NCBI RefSeq assembly: GCF_006345805.1
Contig: NC_043009.1
Span: forward strand, 50,654,001 to 50,718,000
Length of the DNA: 64,000 bases
Source: Octopus sinensis
Lineage: Eukaryota
Direction of reading: 5' to 3'
Below the pieces are notes generated by a model that worked only from the letters and a program-made list of their open reading frames with translations, made no database searches and was not told the origin of the DNA. A program made the translations under genes and the position numbers. This document shows positions 39,794 through 55,030 of this stretch, in pieces (the first letter of the stretch is position 1; each line of letters starts with the position of its first letter).

Positions 39794-42700
39794 TGATGAT
39801 GATGTTGATGACAGTGATATGTGTAAATATATATATGTACATACATATGTGTATGTGTATGAGTGTGTCTGTGTGTGTGTATCTACAATATCCCTGTGTG
39901 TGTGTGTGTGTGTGTTTGTAAACAAAGCAAATGATAAAACTATATGAAAAACTATTACAAGCAGAAACCAAAATATACATCCTCTGTCCAATCTTTTCAA
40001 GCAAAACAAAAATTAGAAATATATAAAGTAATAAATAAAGCAGTGAAAGATTAAAGAGACCATTCCATGTTTCTCATGTACCTAACTTCAGGAAACTAGG
40101 CGCCAGACAGTACGAAATTTGAAAATCACTGACAACATGAACAGAAACAAAAGTCGGGTACATAAAAAGCTAACCAATAAATGTTATTTGATTGGATAAC
40201 TGGAAAATTTATTCACAAAGTGAGGTCAATTAGAAGTAAAAGTCAATGGAAAATTACAGAAATGGAATCAAAATGAAAAGAGACCATTTTCAAAATGAAA
40301 AACTTACTGACACCTTAACAAGGGTAATTCTAAGTAATTATTGTTTCACCAGCTGCTTCACATCTCGTCCCACAACAACAGACATAGACTAACATAAGTA
40401 CCATTAGTACCATTAGTTTCATCAGAGCACATTATTTTCAACAGACAGCCTATTATTTTAAAACTACATTTGTTTAGATATTTGGGGTCAGGAAGAGAGA
40501 TATCCTTTTAAACTTTTATTATCCTTTTTTCTTTTTAATTTTGAACCGGTTAAAGTATTTCTGCATTTAGCAAATTACTCAAAGTTTCAAGACTAACCTA
40601 AATATCTTAAATAGATCATGATATATAAATAAAAAAATAAATAAAATTATAGTTTAAAATCTTGATGGTCAAATGATGCTTGAAAGGCAATAGAAATTGT
40701 TAGGATTCAATGAAATTCTAAACAGAATCCATATCTTGAATATAGTAAATTCTTCAATACTTACTAATCTTTTTTCTCTCTTGTACATATAAGAGAGTTA
40801 AGGAGAAATGTACAAGTAGACAGGGGAAAACTGAAGAGTATGATAAATAGAGAACTCTATATTAAAAACCTCAAATGAAATTGGATATTGACCATTTGCT
40901 ACAACTTAGATAAATGTTTGCAGTTGAAAATAAAAAAAGAAAGAAAAGATAACTCCAAATTTTTCAGAAGTATATATACATTTAATGTTTTGATGTCATT
41001 TGAAGACATAAGTAAATTTACTTTCAAGTAAATTTTAAGTTCGAAACTAAAATATATATAGTAATGTCAACTAAGTAAATAAATGTGAGCAGCATGTAGT
41101 TACAGTCATTTTATGTTTTGTGTTCAAATTCTACCATGGTTAACTTTGTCTTCAATTTTTCACTGGTCAATGAAATAAAGTGCCATTCAAATTAATACTG
41201 ATTTACAGTCTTTCCCAAATTATGTGCCTTTGTGCCTATACTAGAAAACAACATAGTTTAATAGAGATATGTACGGTGGTGGAGCAATAGAGTGGTTGTA
41301 TACTGTCAACTTATAATTTAAATATCTGAGAAAAGAATATTAACACTTGTGCAATTAATTAATAACACTCCCTCAAAATAAACTGAGTTTAAACAAGTCA
41401 ACGAGAGGAGTTTCTGCTTAGTTACTCCTTACTTGTTTCAGTCATTTGACTGTGGCCATGCTGGAGCACCACCTTTAGTCAAGCAAATCAACCCCAGGAC
41501 TTATTCTTTGTAAGCTTAGTACTTATTCTATCGGTCTCTTTTGCTGAACTGCTAAGTTAGTTGCTTAACTTACTAAAAGCAATAGCTAATTCTCCCTCCG
41601 ATTATGTTTCGTCATTTCAAAAACTGAATAGTTCTAGATACACTATGACTAGAAAATAAATAAATAAATAAATAAAAATTAAAGGGGAAGGTTATAGGTG
41701 GATACCTTTAATCAAAGGTCAGCTCAATGCTTGAACTGGTCTAGGGCTCACAGCAACAATAGAAACTAAACCAATAAAAAAAATTGATTAATCTACATTC
41801 TTTGCATGCTTTTTAAACTCCCTACACAAGCACAAACAAATTCTATAAAAATGAACTCTTACACATAGACACACACATACACACAAATATATATTAGTGG
41901 TCTCACTAGAACTGGTACTATGTGAAAAAATGTACTCAATATACTCTGTTAAACGATTAGCACTAGGAAGGGCATCCAGTTATAGGAACCATGACAAAGT
42001 GGACATGGACACTTAACACAGTCTTTTGACTTCTTGGAGCCTGTTGAACCATCCACCCTGTAGCAGTATGAAAGATGGATGTTAAATGAAGATGATGATA
42101 TAAGTATTATCTACCTTTTCATGCATGCAGACAAAAATTGTTAAGGCAAATTTTCTCACATTGAATACTGTTCCTGGTACCACCCTCACAACTTTCCAAG
42201 TTAGTAATATTTCCTCAAGTCCCTCAGACATGAACAGCACAGTACAATGACCAAACGTTTTCATAGAAGATTACAAATGAACAACACTACTAACATGACA
42301 GAGATGTATTTTTTTATTATTAGTGTGTAACATCAAAACAAAAGACATGAACATGCACACACACATACACACACGAGAGAGAGAGAGACTTCTTTCAGTT
42401 TCCATCTACCATTTTCCGTTCTTCTTTAAAATTCTCTCTAATCACAATTAGAGAAGCAGGAAGCAAAACATAAAATCCAGTGTTCTCAAAGTAAACCTAG
42501 CAAATACAGACATTTTAGTTGGCTGGAAAGAAGAGAGGACTACCATTTAAAAAAATAACCATGCTCAATAAGCAGAAAAGGAGTAGAGCAAAATTCTATA
42601 AAGTGTAACTAATGTAAACAATGGATAGAGAGGAATCACCAAGAGGATGACAGAAAAGAAGAATACTGTATGAAGCAAACACAAGAGCAGTTAACAATAA

Positions 42701-42859
42701 AAGAACCAATGAAATATGAATTCTTTCAAATGTTTGGTGGGCTCCTTAGAAGTAGTTGTGAGTTTTTTGTGAACTATGAGATCTAATTAAATGTCAAGAA
42801 GGATGTCCCAAAAATACAGCAGGCAGAATAAGACAGGAATGGTAAAATTTCAAGAGCCA

Positions 42860-43280
42860 TTACCTCTGCTGGGACCAAATGCATATTCTCTCCATGTGGA
42901 AAGTAGCTTGTGTGTGAAGTGCTATGTCACATGGTCGTAAACTATGAACATCAAACAAGAAGGAAGTGCAATGGCTGGGAGTAAATGAGGTGAGAATGCT
43001 CCACTGGGTGTATAATATTTAATATACATGAACCTCAAAACACAAATAAGATAAGAGGGAAACTGGGTATAAGAGGAATCATAATATAGTTTGCAAGAGA
43101 GAGAACTGAACAGGTTTGGACATGTGAAGCAGATGGTAAAACAGAGCAAAGTGATCCAAGTAGAAGGAACTTCTAAAAGAGAAAGAGCAAGAAAGACACG
43201 AGAAGAATTGGTAAATGATGGTCTCAGGAGGCTGAATGTCATGAAGAAAATAATAAATGGTTGCAACAAGTGGTGAAATG
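42860..43280 (+). pseudogene. RTE-like LINE C-terminal remnant
   Basis: LQERELNRFGHVKQM resembles the RLRWFGHVxRM motif. Confidence 0.55.
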
Positions 43281-43778
43281 CTTTATAACACATGTGAGAA
43301 TAAATGGGGACATAAAAATGATAATGAGGATAATTGAGCCTTGATTAAAACTATAATCTCATAAACTGCTGTGATAGCACTCCAGTTTATATATATTTAT
43401 AACAGTGTTGCTTAGATATATATATATACCATGATTTTAACAAAAATATAATCTATCTGACGAGTGGTAAACAAATTAATTATACAGTGTCATACAATCA
43501 AAAAGTACAATATTACGTAAGTACAATGCTTGATAGCAATTGTTTGACAATATGTTTCGAGTATAATATCAATCATGTTATAAATTGAAATTCCTTACAA
43601 TAATTGAATTATTAATGGCAAATAATTCTTTAGAGTAATTCAAGACACGACTTTAGATACCATTATTAATGTCAACTAGCACCAACCCATTTTATTCAGA
43701 TGTAAGCATGTACCCACAAATAAAGCTACACACACACTCACACACACACACACACACCACACACACACACACACACAC

Positions 43779-43824
<46 letters not shown>

Positions 43825-44516
43825 GTACATAAATATATATACATATATACACACATCTTTAGGTCTTGTTGAATGTCTTTGTTTGCAGTTCTGCTCAAAT
43901 GGGGACTGATTTAGGGCTAAACAAAAATACACTCCTTTCCATGTTCATACATGTTAATGCTGTGTGTTTACAAACACGAGTGTGTATGTGTGTGAGCCTG
44001 CCTATGAATGTTATATAAATTTAGATATCAAATTTTTAATGTTTCTAGAGAAAACTGTCTTTATGCTTGTTGGGAAAACTTTCAAGTCTGCCCCCAGTGG
44101 TTTTATTTTCGAAATTCCATAGTAGACCACAGGAGAGCAGGACTTGCTATCAACAACTGAAAAAAATTAACCACCATCTACAAGTTTTATTTTTACGAGC
44201 ACGAATGAAAGAAAACAGTAGAAGCAAGTGTTTTGCCATCAAATATGTACAAGGTTTTAAACATACATACACACACACAAGCACATACACAAGCAAGCAT
44301 CAGAATTGCTTAGAAGTTGTACAGAAACACTGCTGAGTCTGCAGCTTCCATAGTTACAGATGCAATAACATTATAAAGAATTTACTTTAAGGAAAAAATT
44401 ACAGCTACATATACATCCATACATACACATACAAAATGTTCTGTGATATTTTCTCTTTCTTTATCGGTTTTAGATATTGTGTGTGTGTGTGTGTCTGTGT
44501 GTGTATGTGTGTGTGT

Positions 44517-44560
<44 letters not shown>

Positions 44561-45947
44561 ATACATACAGACATACATATATTACCTGTGCCTGTATGTG
44601 TACACATATGTATACATGTGCATGTGTGCGTTCATAAATGCGTGTATTTGTATAAGTATAAATGTACGCAAGTGGCATGTGTTTGCATATACATGTGCTG
44701 CATGCACGTGATGTGTATCAGTAAATGTGGTGCATATATATATATATACTCATGTTTAAACATACACATATGTGTTCATGTCCAACCATTGCTGCAGTAG
44801 TGAAGTATAATAAGATTCATGGCAGGATGAATGTCCATACTTATTGCCTGCATTGTCTGCATGTAGGTAACTGATAAAAAGAGTTATGAAACAATTTATA
44901 CAACCAGCATAATGAACAAGCCACACTTCAGACAGCATTGCAGTGCACATTTCATTATGCAGTGTTTGGTGCAGTGAATCAGGTGGCATATGTCGCAGTA
45001 AATTTGCTGAATATGATTTTTTTCCTTTTGGTATAATATTGTTTTTTTTTTAATGTTAGGATAGAGGGATGACAAGTCATTATTGTTGTCAGTATTTAAC
45101 CCAAGGTCAGCTCTGAATGAGCTCACCTGTCATCAAAGGCATTCTTGTTATGATCATCCTATTTTATTTTCACATAGTTTATCAACACTACATTATCCAG
45201 TGTGTCCTTTCTTTAATAATCTGGTTGGGTGTTATTTGATGGAGATTTAGTAGCTAAATTTAGCAGGTCAACAGATCACATTTAAGGTGTCTTTCTTGGC
45301 TGAGGTGATGCAGGCAAAGTGAAATTGGACATAGTTGGACATCATAAATCCTTCAAGATTTATTAGAAATAATTAAGGAACCCAGCACAGAGATCAGTGA
45401 TTTAAAGAAGGCAATTGCTATGTGCATATCTTCGTGTATCTACCTGTGTAGGACAAGAAGGTTAACAAATTAAAGGACAGGGCTTATTGTAACAATGATC
45501 AATGAACAGTGATTAATAAACATATGTAGCCATTCATTAATCTAAGCTAGTTAGAAATGTCTTTGTAACCTATGAGTGATTTTCTTTTATTGCATGAATT
45601 ACCCATCAGAGAAGTGAACATAATCTATGTAGATATGCATGCACATGCAAGATTGCACTCCATTATGGCCTTAAGCATGATGGCTAAAAGAAACTAAAAC
45701 ATCAAAACAATAGACATACATAGAGAGAGAGAGAGAGAGAGAGAGAGTGTGTGTGTGTGTGTGTGGTGTGTGTGTGTGTGTGTGTGTGTGTGCATGTCTT
45801 TGTGTTTGTCCCATACCACCACTACCACTCCACAACTAGTGTTGGCTTGCTTACTCCCCCCTCATAACTTAGCGATTTGGCAAAAGATATCAACAACATG
45901 GAAGTTTGGCTGCTATGTCTAGCAGGTCAGGCAACTACATACCATAC

Positions 45948-46010
45948 CTTTGGTAGAAAATGTCAAGAATTATAGTGATGAGAACAACAAATACATTGAC
46001 AGTGAGGTAG
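45948..46010 (-). CDS. Candidate internal coding exon, one transmembrane helix
   Basis: catcag acceptor; 63 nt phase 2-2 reading YLTVNVFVVLITIILDIFYQ; strong AAG|gtatgg donor. Confidence 0.42.
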
Positions 46011-48069
46011 CTGATGCAATCATTTTATGATGATGAGAAAATATTAGGTAGAAACAGGTCAAGGGTTGCATCTCTTATGTAATAAAGTATTATTACCTCT
46101 CTTCCAACAGTTTCTCCATACAAGGATAAGAAAGTATAGTTGACAAAAAAAACAATTCAACTATATATAATACTATCAGTACTTACTTAAATAAATCACA
46201 ATATAAAATGTTAATACATAACTTCTTATGTTTCAATATATATTTTTCTAAGCTAGATAGGCCAGGTAGACATCAGAAGTATCTAATTTTTAATACTCAA
46301 TTTTCTTTTTTGTAACTACACTCAATTTAGTACTGTTACATATCCCAGTGAAATTGTTTTTCATGTTATTCTCTTACAGTATCTATACAAATTAAAACGC
46401 AGAAAAAGAAAAAAATGTTAAGATAATCTTTTGCTGCCATGCACAATCTTTTCTGTCTTTTTCTTTCTTTCTTTCTTTCTTTCTCTCCCTCTCTCTCTCT
46501 GAAACACATACACAAAGAGTAAACCAACCTTCTGTAAAAAGAAAGAGTTTCTTTGAAGTCAATAGAAATAGAAGTTCTTAAAACATTTTCCAGCTAATAC
46601 AAACTCCAGTTACAATGCAACCATCATTGCCATTCAATGCATTATGTTGACTAGATAACTGAACTTATCTATTAATTCAAGTGAGATATCACACACAACA
46701 TTCCATAGTGTCTGAGCATTGGCTACAGGCATTTCATAACATAAGACATTTTTAACTGATAGAAGAAAATAATCAGAATGAAACAACTTAGAATCACCAG
46801 AAGTTTAGATTCAGGAACAGGATGGCTAAATTTTAATTACTTAGATTCACAATGCTTGAATGAATAAAATATAAAGTATCAACAAATTGGATGAAAAGTC
46901 AAAAATTTGTAAATAATCATTGGGCACATGTGCCATGAATAAGGCACATAACATTAAGGGGCTCACTTATACCAGAAATATAGGTAAGGATATTCTCTGT
47001 GTGTGTAAGTGAGAGAGAGATGCATAGACAAACAAATAGAACAACTTTGGTAGAGTGTCAAACAAGCTAGAAACTGATCAGTAGTTTCATCAGTAGTTTG
47101 GTATCTTTTATTTTTTACTTGTTTCAGTCATTAGAATGTAGCCAAGCTGGGACATCACCTTGAAGAATTTTAGTCAACTGAATTGATCCTAAAACTATTT
47201 TTTTAAGCCAGATAATTATCTATCCGTCTCTGTTCCTGATCTGTTAAGTTACGAAAATGCAAACCAGGCATGTGCCATCAGTAATTACTCAGGGTAGGCA
47301 GTTGGTGACCTTCATGTTGTAAAACACAGAAAAAATAAGCAAAACACAGATGTGAAACTGAGTTGAAGGCAGATTTGCTGCTGCCTTTATAGCAGGTAAA
47401 GAAAACAGTGTTGTAGGAGTATATGCAGCATTTAAGCTACAGCAGTACTCTGTGTAGCTTAAATGCTGAGATTGAAGAGCAGGGATAAATTATGCCTACC
47501 TAATGTACAAAAAAATTAAATATTTTGAATTTTATGCATAGTAATCAGAGTAACCTTCATAATTTCATTGAATTTGGTGCATATTTCGCCATAAAAGGAA
47601 AATGCTGCTATCGATCTATTTTATTCCAGGTAGGCAGTGCTTACCTTGCCTACTTAGGTGGTACGTTCCTGATGTAAACACAGCAACACTGACTGTTAAG
47701 CAGTGGAAGGGGACAAACACAAATACAAAGTCACGCATGCACGAGCACACACACACACATGTATACATATACAACATGCTTCTTTCACTTTCCATCTACT
47801 ACCAAACCCACTCAGAAAGTTTTGGTCAGCCCAGGGCTATAGTAGAAGACACTTGACCAAGGTGCCATGCAGTGGCACTGAACCCTGATTCATATGGTTG
47901 GTAAGTAAACTTATTGCCACACAGTCACATCTGTTAGGATAAAATTCTGAGAACAAATTTTTCAAGTGTAAAATACATTGGAGCAATTTCACATTGGCTT
48001 CTAAGTCTATGGCTCTTTGCTACAATGAGTGTTCTAATTGATATCATCAACTGAAGAGCTTTCTCATGA

Positions 48070-48320
48070 AGTTATTGTTCCAGTGGCTGAGCACTCCACA
48101 GACACGCATACCCATAATGAAGTTCTCAGGGAGATTCAACCTGACTCAGAATGTGACAAGGTTGACCCTTTGAATTACATCTACAACTCATTTCTGCCAA
48201 CTGAGTGGACAGGAGCAACAAGAAATAAAGTGTTTTACTTAAGGATAGAATACACCACCAGGAATCGAACTTATGACCTTACAATTGATGACTAAATACC
48301 CTAGCCACTAAGCCTTCACA
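48070..48320 (-). mobile_element. Degenerate SINE family B
   Basis: Minus strand begins gagtgtgaaggcttagtggctagggt..gtaaggtcataagttcgattcc. Confidence 0.7.
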
Positions 48321-51300
48321 CTCTATACTGCAAACTAATGAAACAGCGAACGATTTTTTTGTACTGCAGCTTACATCAATGACTTGTATACCCTACATTA
48401 GATTAACTTCTTAGCACTAGTTGAATTTAGCCATTTAAAATAAAATGTCTTCTTCATTAGTTCAACATAACAGTGATAGGATAGAAAATACTTAAAAACC
48501 AAGAATAGCCATTAGGAGTTTCTTAGCAAGTAACCTGCAATAGATTAGTATCTTATCCAGGAGAAATATTGGTCTCTAAAAGAGTAGAATATTTATTTCA
48601 GAGTTTTACTTTGTACCTTTTGTTCCTTTAAGTTATAAATATTCTATGAAACACTGTAGTTATAAGAGATTAGCTGTCGATTATTTCTCAATACTTTGTT
48701 ACAAATTTAATGTCTCATCCCACCCCAACACATACGCATGTGCATGCAGCATATATACAGATAAGTACATTACATTGTGCTCTTTCTAATGCAAGACAGA
48801 TTAGCTGCCTCAATAGATTTTACTGAAAGTAGGCACTTGTTCAGAGTTGGGAAGCCAACTTTTAAGAAAATCATCCATTTGTAAAACAACTGGATCAAAT
48901 AATTCATTAAAATTTCGAAATTTACGAAGCATTGTAACTCATGCAAAACCAAAACTGAACAACAGAAATATTTACCAATGTGGTGACTACAGAGATTTAA
49001 CCATTGAAATAATAACAGCATGTAAACAAACAAATAATCTACAATGAGTTCATTAATGATATAGTAAAATGTCTTCAATGATTTTCTTTAATGATTTCCT
49101 TCAGTTCAATCATCATATAAAGTATAGGCTGTCAAAAATTTTAAATTTCCCTTGAGAATAGGAAGAAAAGTGCCACATCTTTTTTAAAAATATGTAGTTA
49201 GTTTTATGTATCTTAGATCAAAAAGGACAAAGTAAGATTCAGTACCACCAGATTAAAATAAAGACATTCCATCAAATTTTTTTAGCCTTTTCTTTTTGTT
49301 CTTCCTTATGAGATACAGCAACAGAAGGAATACAAACCCATAGCCTGAAAGCATATAAAACATTGCTTACAGCACAGGACCAAAAGGTCAGAGCTGGTTG
49401 AATAATATCAGTATTTCTTGAGAGTTAGTAAAAGCAAAATCTGAATAGTCTATAATTGCTCATAGAAAACTGTAAGTTGCTTGGCTTAGTACACCAAACA
49501 ACAAGGCTGAACTATAAATCAACATATAAACTATTTTAAGAATAAAAAGTTGAGGTATTGTTCTGTTGCCATGAAATGTTTTTCTTAAATTTTACTAAGC
49601 AGAGTTTCAATTATTGTAATTCATTTATATTTTGTTGTCCCAGTGTTCAACTGTGGTTGCTACAAATGTGCAAAAAGCTTGAGTTTTCAATCATCATTTA
49701 ATACTGAAGTTTTCTTTAGAAAATTATGTAAAGAAATATTAACAATTAATTATGTTGCTCTATGACTGAGAATTGCAAACAGGGCTTTGTAATCACCTTA
49801 ATGAGTTCTTTTCATCTCTCAAGTCTGTCTAGCCAGGTGACAGCTACTTTTATGCTCTACTAAGCTGATAAATCGGTGATTTTCTCTCTTTGTAGCAAGT
49901 TCATCTTGCATAAACAACCTGGTTATTCCTTACTACCATACAGTTATGCACCAAGGTTGATGAGATTTGTAGAAGCTATTCTAGTTTTTTAAGCCTCAAA
50001 TCACCAGCCTTTTTACTAGTTTCACCACATTAAGTCATGCCACATGCTTTATACTATTCATTTCAACATGTTGCTTTTCTTAATCAAAATCCTGTAAGTA
50101 CAAGTTCTGCTCATTATTAGCCCAAAGTTAAAAGAACAACTAATAGCATACTAGAATTCTTCAACCTTACACAAAAATAATTTTGTTCCTGCAACAAAAG
50201 CTTCATTGAGCATCTCTGGTATGATTATTTAGCTGTTGGTCAACTCTGATAGAGCAGGTAGATCTAAATATAAAACCAAAGGCCATTCCACTCATGACCA
50301 TTTAATATTTTCCTCTAATATGCTGAACCTTGGGTAATATACATTGAATCATTTCTTTTATAAAACAGTAACAAGAAGATTGAGGGAGAATTTTGCCACA
50401 TTGGCTAGCAAGTAGGTCAAGCGATTTATAGAGGATTCTTCACTGACTCAATAACATTTTTCTATTTTACTAACACCCACCTAATGTCTGGCTTATAAAC
50501 AATGTCTGTTCTATTAATAAAAGTAAAAATTGATCCAAACGTGAACTGAACTTAAAACCTATGAACCACACAACTATCTGATAGTACAAAATATCTAGTC
50601 TGCGATGTTACATAGATTAAACATTTCACAAAAGCTGAGAAATCAAACAAGTCCCAAACAATTGAAACAATTTCATTTTCTTTTCGATTTTGTGCATTTG
50701 TTGGAGAGCTGTTGATTTATTGATTGCTCTTGCTAACTCATTTGGACAGACTATTAAGAGACTACATACACACTAACACACACACACACACACACACAAA
50801 CAAACACACGTATGTCTATGTGTTTGAAGTGTTTATATACATTCCATACTGAAAAGCAATCATCATCTCTGCCTGGACATTATCTATATTCAGTTATGTC
50901 ATGAATACAAGGTCATTCTTTTACCTTCAATTCAGAAAGGATTCAATTAAGAAAACACTCAGCATAAGCAAACACTAAATCCACTTCAAAACCTTGGAAA
51001 GAAATTATTAATGAACCGGCATCTATCGGTTCAATACATGTAGCTTAGATTTCAGAATATTAAAGTAGATAGTAAAATTGTACTTGCCAGGCAAGTGACT
51101 TGATTTGAGATTGTGTGTTGAAATTGAAACTTATTGCAGCAGTGTAGAATACTGCTATCCATTTAAAATATACATATACTGCTATATTCAATTTTGTTTA
51201 TGTTTTCTAATAGTATTATATATTCTACTTAGTGCAAAAGGAAAAAAAAATCTACCCAAGAATTAATAACCAAGTCATAGATATACAACATTTTTGGCAC

Positions 51301-51584
51301 TTAAAAGAATGTAAAAAGCTATTAGAAGATAAGCAAAAGTGGATATATAATGGAATATTTGTATTTTAGTGGCTATAGTGACTTACATGACACAATTATT
51401 AAAAGTGATTGAACATATATAGATATATTTGTTTGTTACATATTTAGAGTTTTTTTACAATGCCCATTGTTTCAAGTGGCAACCAAATCACCTGAAGGAT
51501 GACAAAGAGCAAGGAACTCTGAATGCCAGTTGGGTCCATCATCAGGTTTGAACAAATAAAGTCTTTCTCTTATTTGTACATACA

Positions 51585-51975
51585 AATGCACAGGAGTAGC
51601 TGTGTGGTAAGTAGCTTGTTTACCAACCACATGGTTCCAGGTTCAGTCCCACTGCGTGGCACCTTGGGCAAATGTCTTCTACTATAGCCTCGGGCTGACC
51701 AAAGCCTTGTGAGTAGATTTGGTAGATGGAAACTGAAAGAAGCCCGTCATATATATGTATATATATATACGTTTGTGTGTCTGTGTTTGTCCCCCTAGCA
51801 TTGCTTGACAACCGATGCTGGTGTGTTTATGTCCCCGTTACTTAGCGGTTCGGCAAAAGAGACCGATAGAATAAGTACTGGGCTTACAAAAAGAATAAGT
51901 CCCGGGTTCGAGTTGCTCGATTAAAGGCGGTGCTCCAGCATGGCCACAGTCAAATGACTGAGACAAGTAAAAGAG
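51585..51975 (+). mobile_element. SINE family A
   Basis: Full-length alignment with other family A copies. Confidence 0.9.
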
Positions 51976-52034
51976 AGAATACATACAAACACACAGACAG
52001 ATACTCAAACAGACAGAGAGACACATATATATTC

Positions 52035-52420
52035 TTTTATTCTTTTACTTGTTTCAGTCATTTGACTGCAGCCAAGCTGGAGCACCACCTTGAAAAGTTT
52101 TAGTTGAACAAATTGATCCCAGGACTTATTTCTTAAGCCAAGTACTCATTCTATCAGTCTCTTTTGCTGAACTGCTAGATTATGAGGACATAAACACTAG
52201 TTGTCAGATAGTGTCGGAGGTACAAATACAGACACAATGATACACATACACACACACACACATGATGAGCTTCTTTCAGTTTCTGTCTGTCAAATCCACT
52301 CACAAGGCTTTGGTCAGCCCGAGACTATAGTTGAAAACACTTGCACAAGGTGCTATGCAGTGGGACTGAACCTGAAACCATATGGTTGGGAAGCAAGTTT
52401 CTTACTACACAGCCACATCT
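52035..52420 (-). mobile_element. SINE family A, older copy, tail-to-tail with the previous one
   Basis: Reverse complement; about 60-bp spacer; CpG decay. Confidence 0.85.
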
Positions 52421-53395
52421 ATAAATTTGTAGTGTAATATATGGATTCATAGAATCGTATGGCTATCACAGAAAGCTCATTATAGTAATCCCAGACAGAA
52501 GAGTATAAAGCAGAGTTCGATGCAGCTGAAATCCAGAAGGTCCGGTCGGTGAGATTATTTCATGGGGAGTAGATAAAACATAAAAAGGCAGGAGGTATGA
52601 GAATTGAATATAGTTATTTAACCACTTGTCATCCTTAGTCATTTAGAGTCGAAGCATTGGTGTAATCATGATGTACTGGAGATCTGATGAGCTAGCTTTC
52701 TTTACCTGCACTGATTTGTATGCATACAATTGCATTATATAATGCATAACATGCATATTAGTGCAGACGTGTAAACATAATATATCATACACTGACATTA
52801 TTATACAGTGTAAAATACATGAAGAAAGTTGTGAAATGGTTATAATCCTTATGATGAAAACTAGTTGAATTATTATATTTACCTCTGATACTTACTAACC
52901 TTTTATATATATTTATATATTTGTTCCACATCTGTTTTTTCATAGTGTTATGGGTTGGGTGAAGACTAATTTGAGGCAGTATTCTATGGCCAGATACTCT
53001 GTTGGTCACCAATCTCCACACGTTTTTCAAGTAAAGGAATATCTTATTCCACAGGCTATCACAAGTCAAAAGTGCAAGTGCTGCAAGACATATTCTTCAC
53101 AAGGGATATGAGCAGGACAGCATTCTTTTGTTCAAACATTGTAAGGCAACATCACGTGGAATGTCAACATACACTTACACACACACACACACATACACAC
53201 ACACACGAAGGACTTCCGTATACTTTCTGTGTACCAATTTCACTCACAAGGTATTGGTTAGCTCAAGGCTATACAGTAACAGACACTTGCCCAAGGTGCA
53301 CTGCAGTGGGATAGGACTTGAAATCAGCTGGCTATAAGGCAATACTCTGTTATCCATTCAGTTATGCCTGTAGCAGCCATTCCTGCTCCTCACCC

Positions 53396-53431
<36 letters not shown>

Positions 53432-53564
53432 GACAACTTACTATTTGTCCTAAATTATACATACATACATATATATATACACACACACACAGACACACAC
53501 ATATATACATGCACACGCATACATATATACACACACATATACACACACACATATATACATGCAC

Positions 53565-53792
53565 AGGCGAGCTGGCAGAAACGTTAGCATGCCGGGCGAA
53601 ATGTGTAGCCGTATTTCGTCTGTCGTTACGTTCTGAGTTCAAATTCCGCCGAGGTCGACTTTGCCTTTCATCCTTTCGGGGTCGATAAATAAAGTACCAG
53701 TTTCCCACTGGAGTCGATGTAATCGACTTAATTCCTTTGTCTGTCCTTGTTTGTCCCCTCTATGTTTAGCCCCTTGTGGGCAGTAAAGAAAT
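53565..53792 (+). mobile_element. tRNA-derived SINE family C (Deu/Nin-domain-like)
   Basis: A-box-like TGGCAGAAACG, B box GAGTTCAAATTCC, then GCCTTTCATCCTTTCGGGGTCGATAAATAAAGTACCAG resembling the Deu/Nin central domain. Confidence 0.88.
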
Positions 53793-54404
53793 ACATATAT
53801 ACATGCACATACACATATACATACACATATATATATACATACATATATATATGCACACACATATGTGTGTGTGTGTGTGTAATATCATTTGGGATCTATT
53901 TTCTATGCTGGTATATATTGGATGGGTGTCACAAGTTCTTGCAACTTGTCATGGTGCTTTATTGTCTGGGAATACACAGAAAACGGAGAAAACTGCCAAT
54001 ATTTATTGTGCAATATATACATACATATATATGTGAAATTCTAAACATCAGATACAAAACAGGAATTCAATCCCAACAACAGAGTAGAACTGAACCTGCT
54101 CTCTTACTTACAAATATAAAACTATCCAAATAGTTTATTGACTAAGACACATCAAGATCCAAAAATGGGGAAGAAAATAACAAATTATAAAAGTACCAAA
54201 GAAACTTGGTTTTCTTCCTTCTGAACAGCTAAGAGAAAATCTGAACTTGTATGTTTTCTTGTAGAAACCAGCAGCCAAACAAGTGAACCATGCCATATCA
54301 TATTATTAAGAAAAAGATATTGAATAAGAAACGGTATGATTAATTATCTAGAGGTTCATTTTGTTACAACAGAGTCAATAATATATCACCATGACAACAG
54401 TTAC

Positions 54405-54529
54405 ATTGTGACTACTACAACCAAGTGAAATAGAGAAGCTATTATTATGGACACCAGCACAGATATTCCTCTCCCCAACAATGTAGTCTATACAACAAGT
54501 AATTGTATTTAGAATAAGAAAAATGACAT
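54405..54529 (-). CDS. Weak candidate coding exon (DVIFLILNTITCCIDYIVGERNICAG...)
   Basis: tttacag acceptor; one open frame with a hydrophobic start; donor uncertain. Confidence 0.22.
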
Positions 54530-55030
54530 CTGTAAACAATGAGATGTACAGTTAGTGAAGTCAAGACAAACTGGAAAGAGATATGAAGAAAGGGACAAAA
54601 ACAAGAGGGAAACATTGACAAGAGAAGTAAAAAAAAAAAAAAAAAAAAACAGCGTGAGAAAAATATATGAAGACTAAGATAAGGAAAAAGAAAAAAGATA
54701 AATAGAAAATGTGAAGTCAAGGAAATAAAAAAGAGAAACAAAGATGAAACTGGGAGAAGACAGTGAAAAGAAAAATAAATGAAAATGTAAAGCAGGGAAA
54801 GAAAGAGAAAAGAATGACAAACTTATCAGGTAACAGGAAGCGATAGAAAAGTACAGGTATAGATCAAAAAGCAGTGGAGAAAATAAGGAGAAAGAAGGAG
54901 GAAATAGGTAGTTACACTAAGTGGAAGGTAAGTGGAAAGAGATGGTGAGAGAAGTAAGAATGAAATTTAGCAAGTGATGAAAATTTAACTGGTTTTAAAA
55001 GAACTGCATTTACATTTTCACTTTATTTTT

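Noticed and set aside
48770-49078. Overlapping ORFs, including MLRKFRNFNELFDPVVLQMDDFLKSW
   Set aside because: No convincing acceptor in the protein-like frame and no recognisable family.
52425-52560. Minus-strand frame AASNSALYSSVWDYYNELSVIAIRFYESILHYKF
   Set aside because: Good acceptor but no credible donor before it runs into a SINE.
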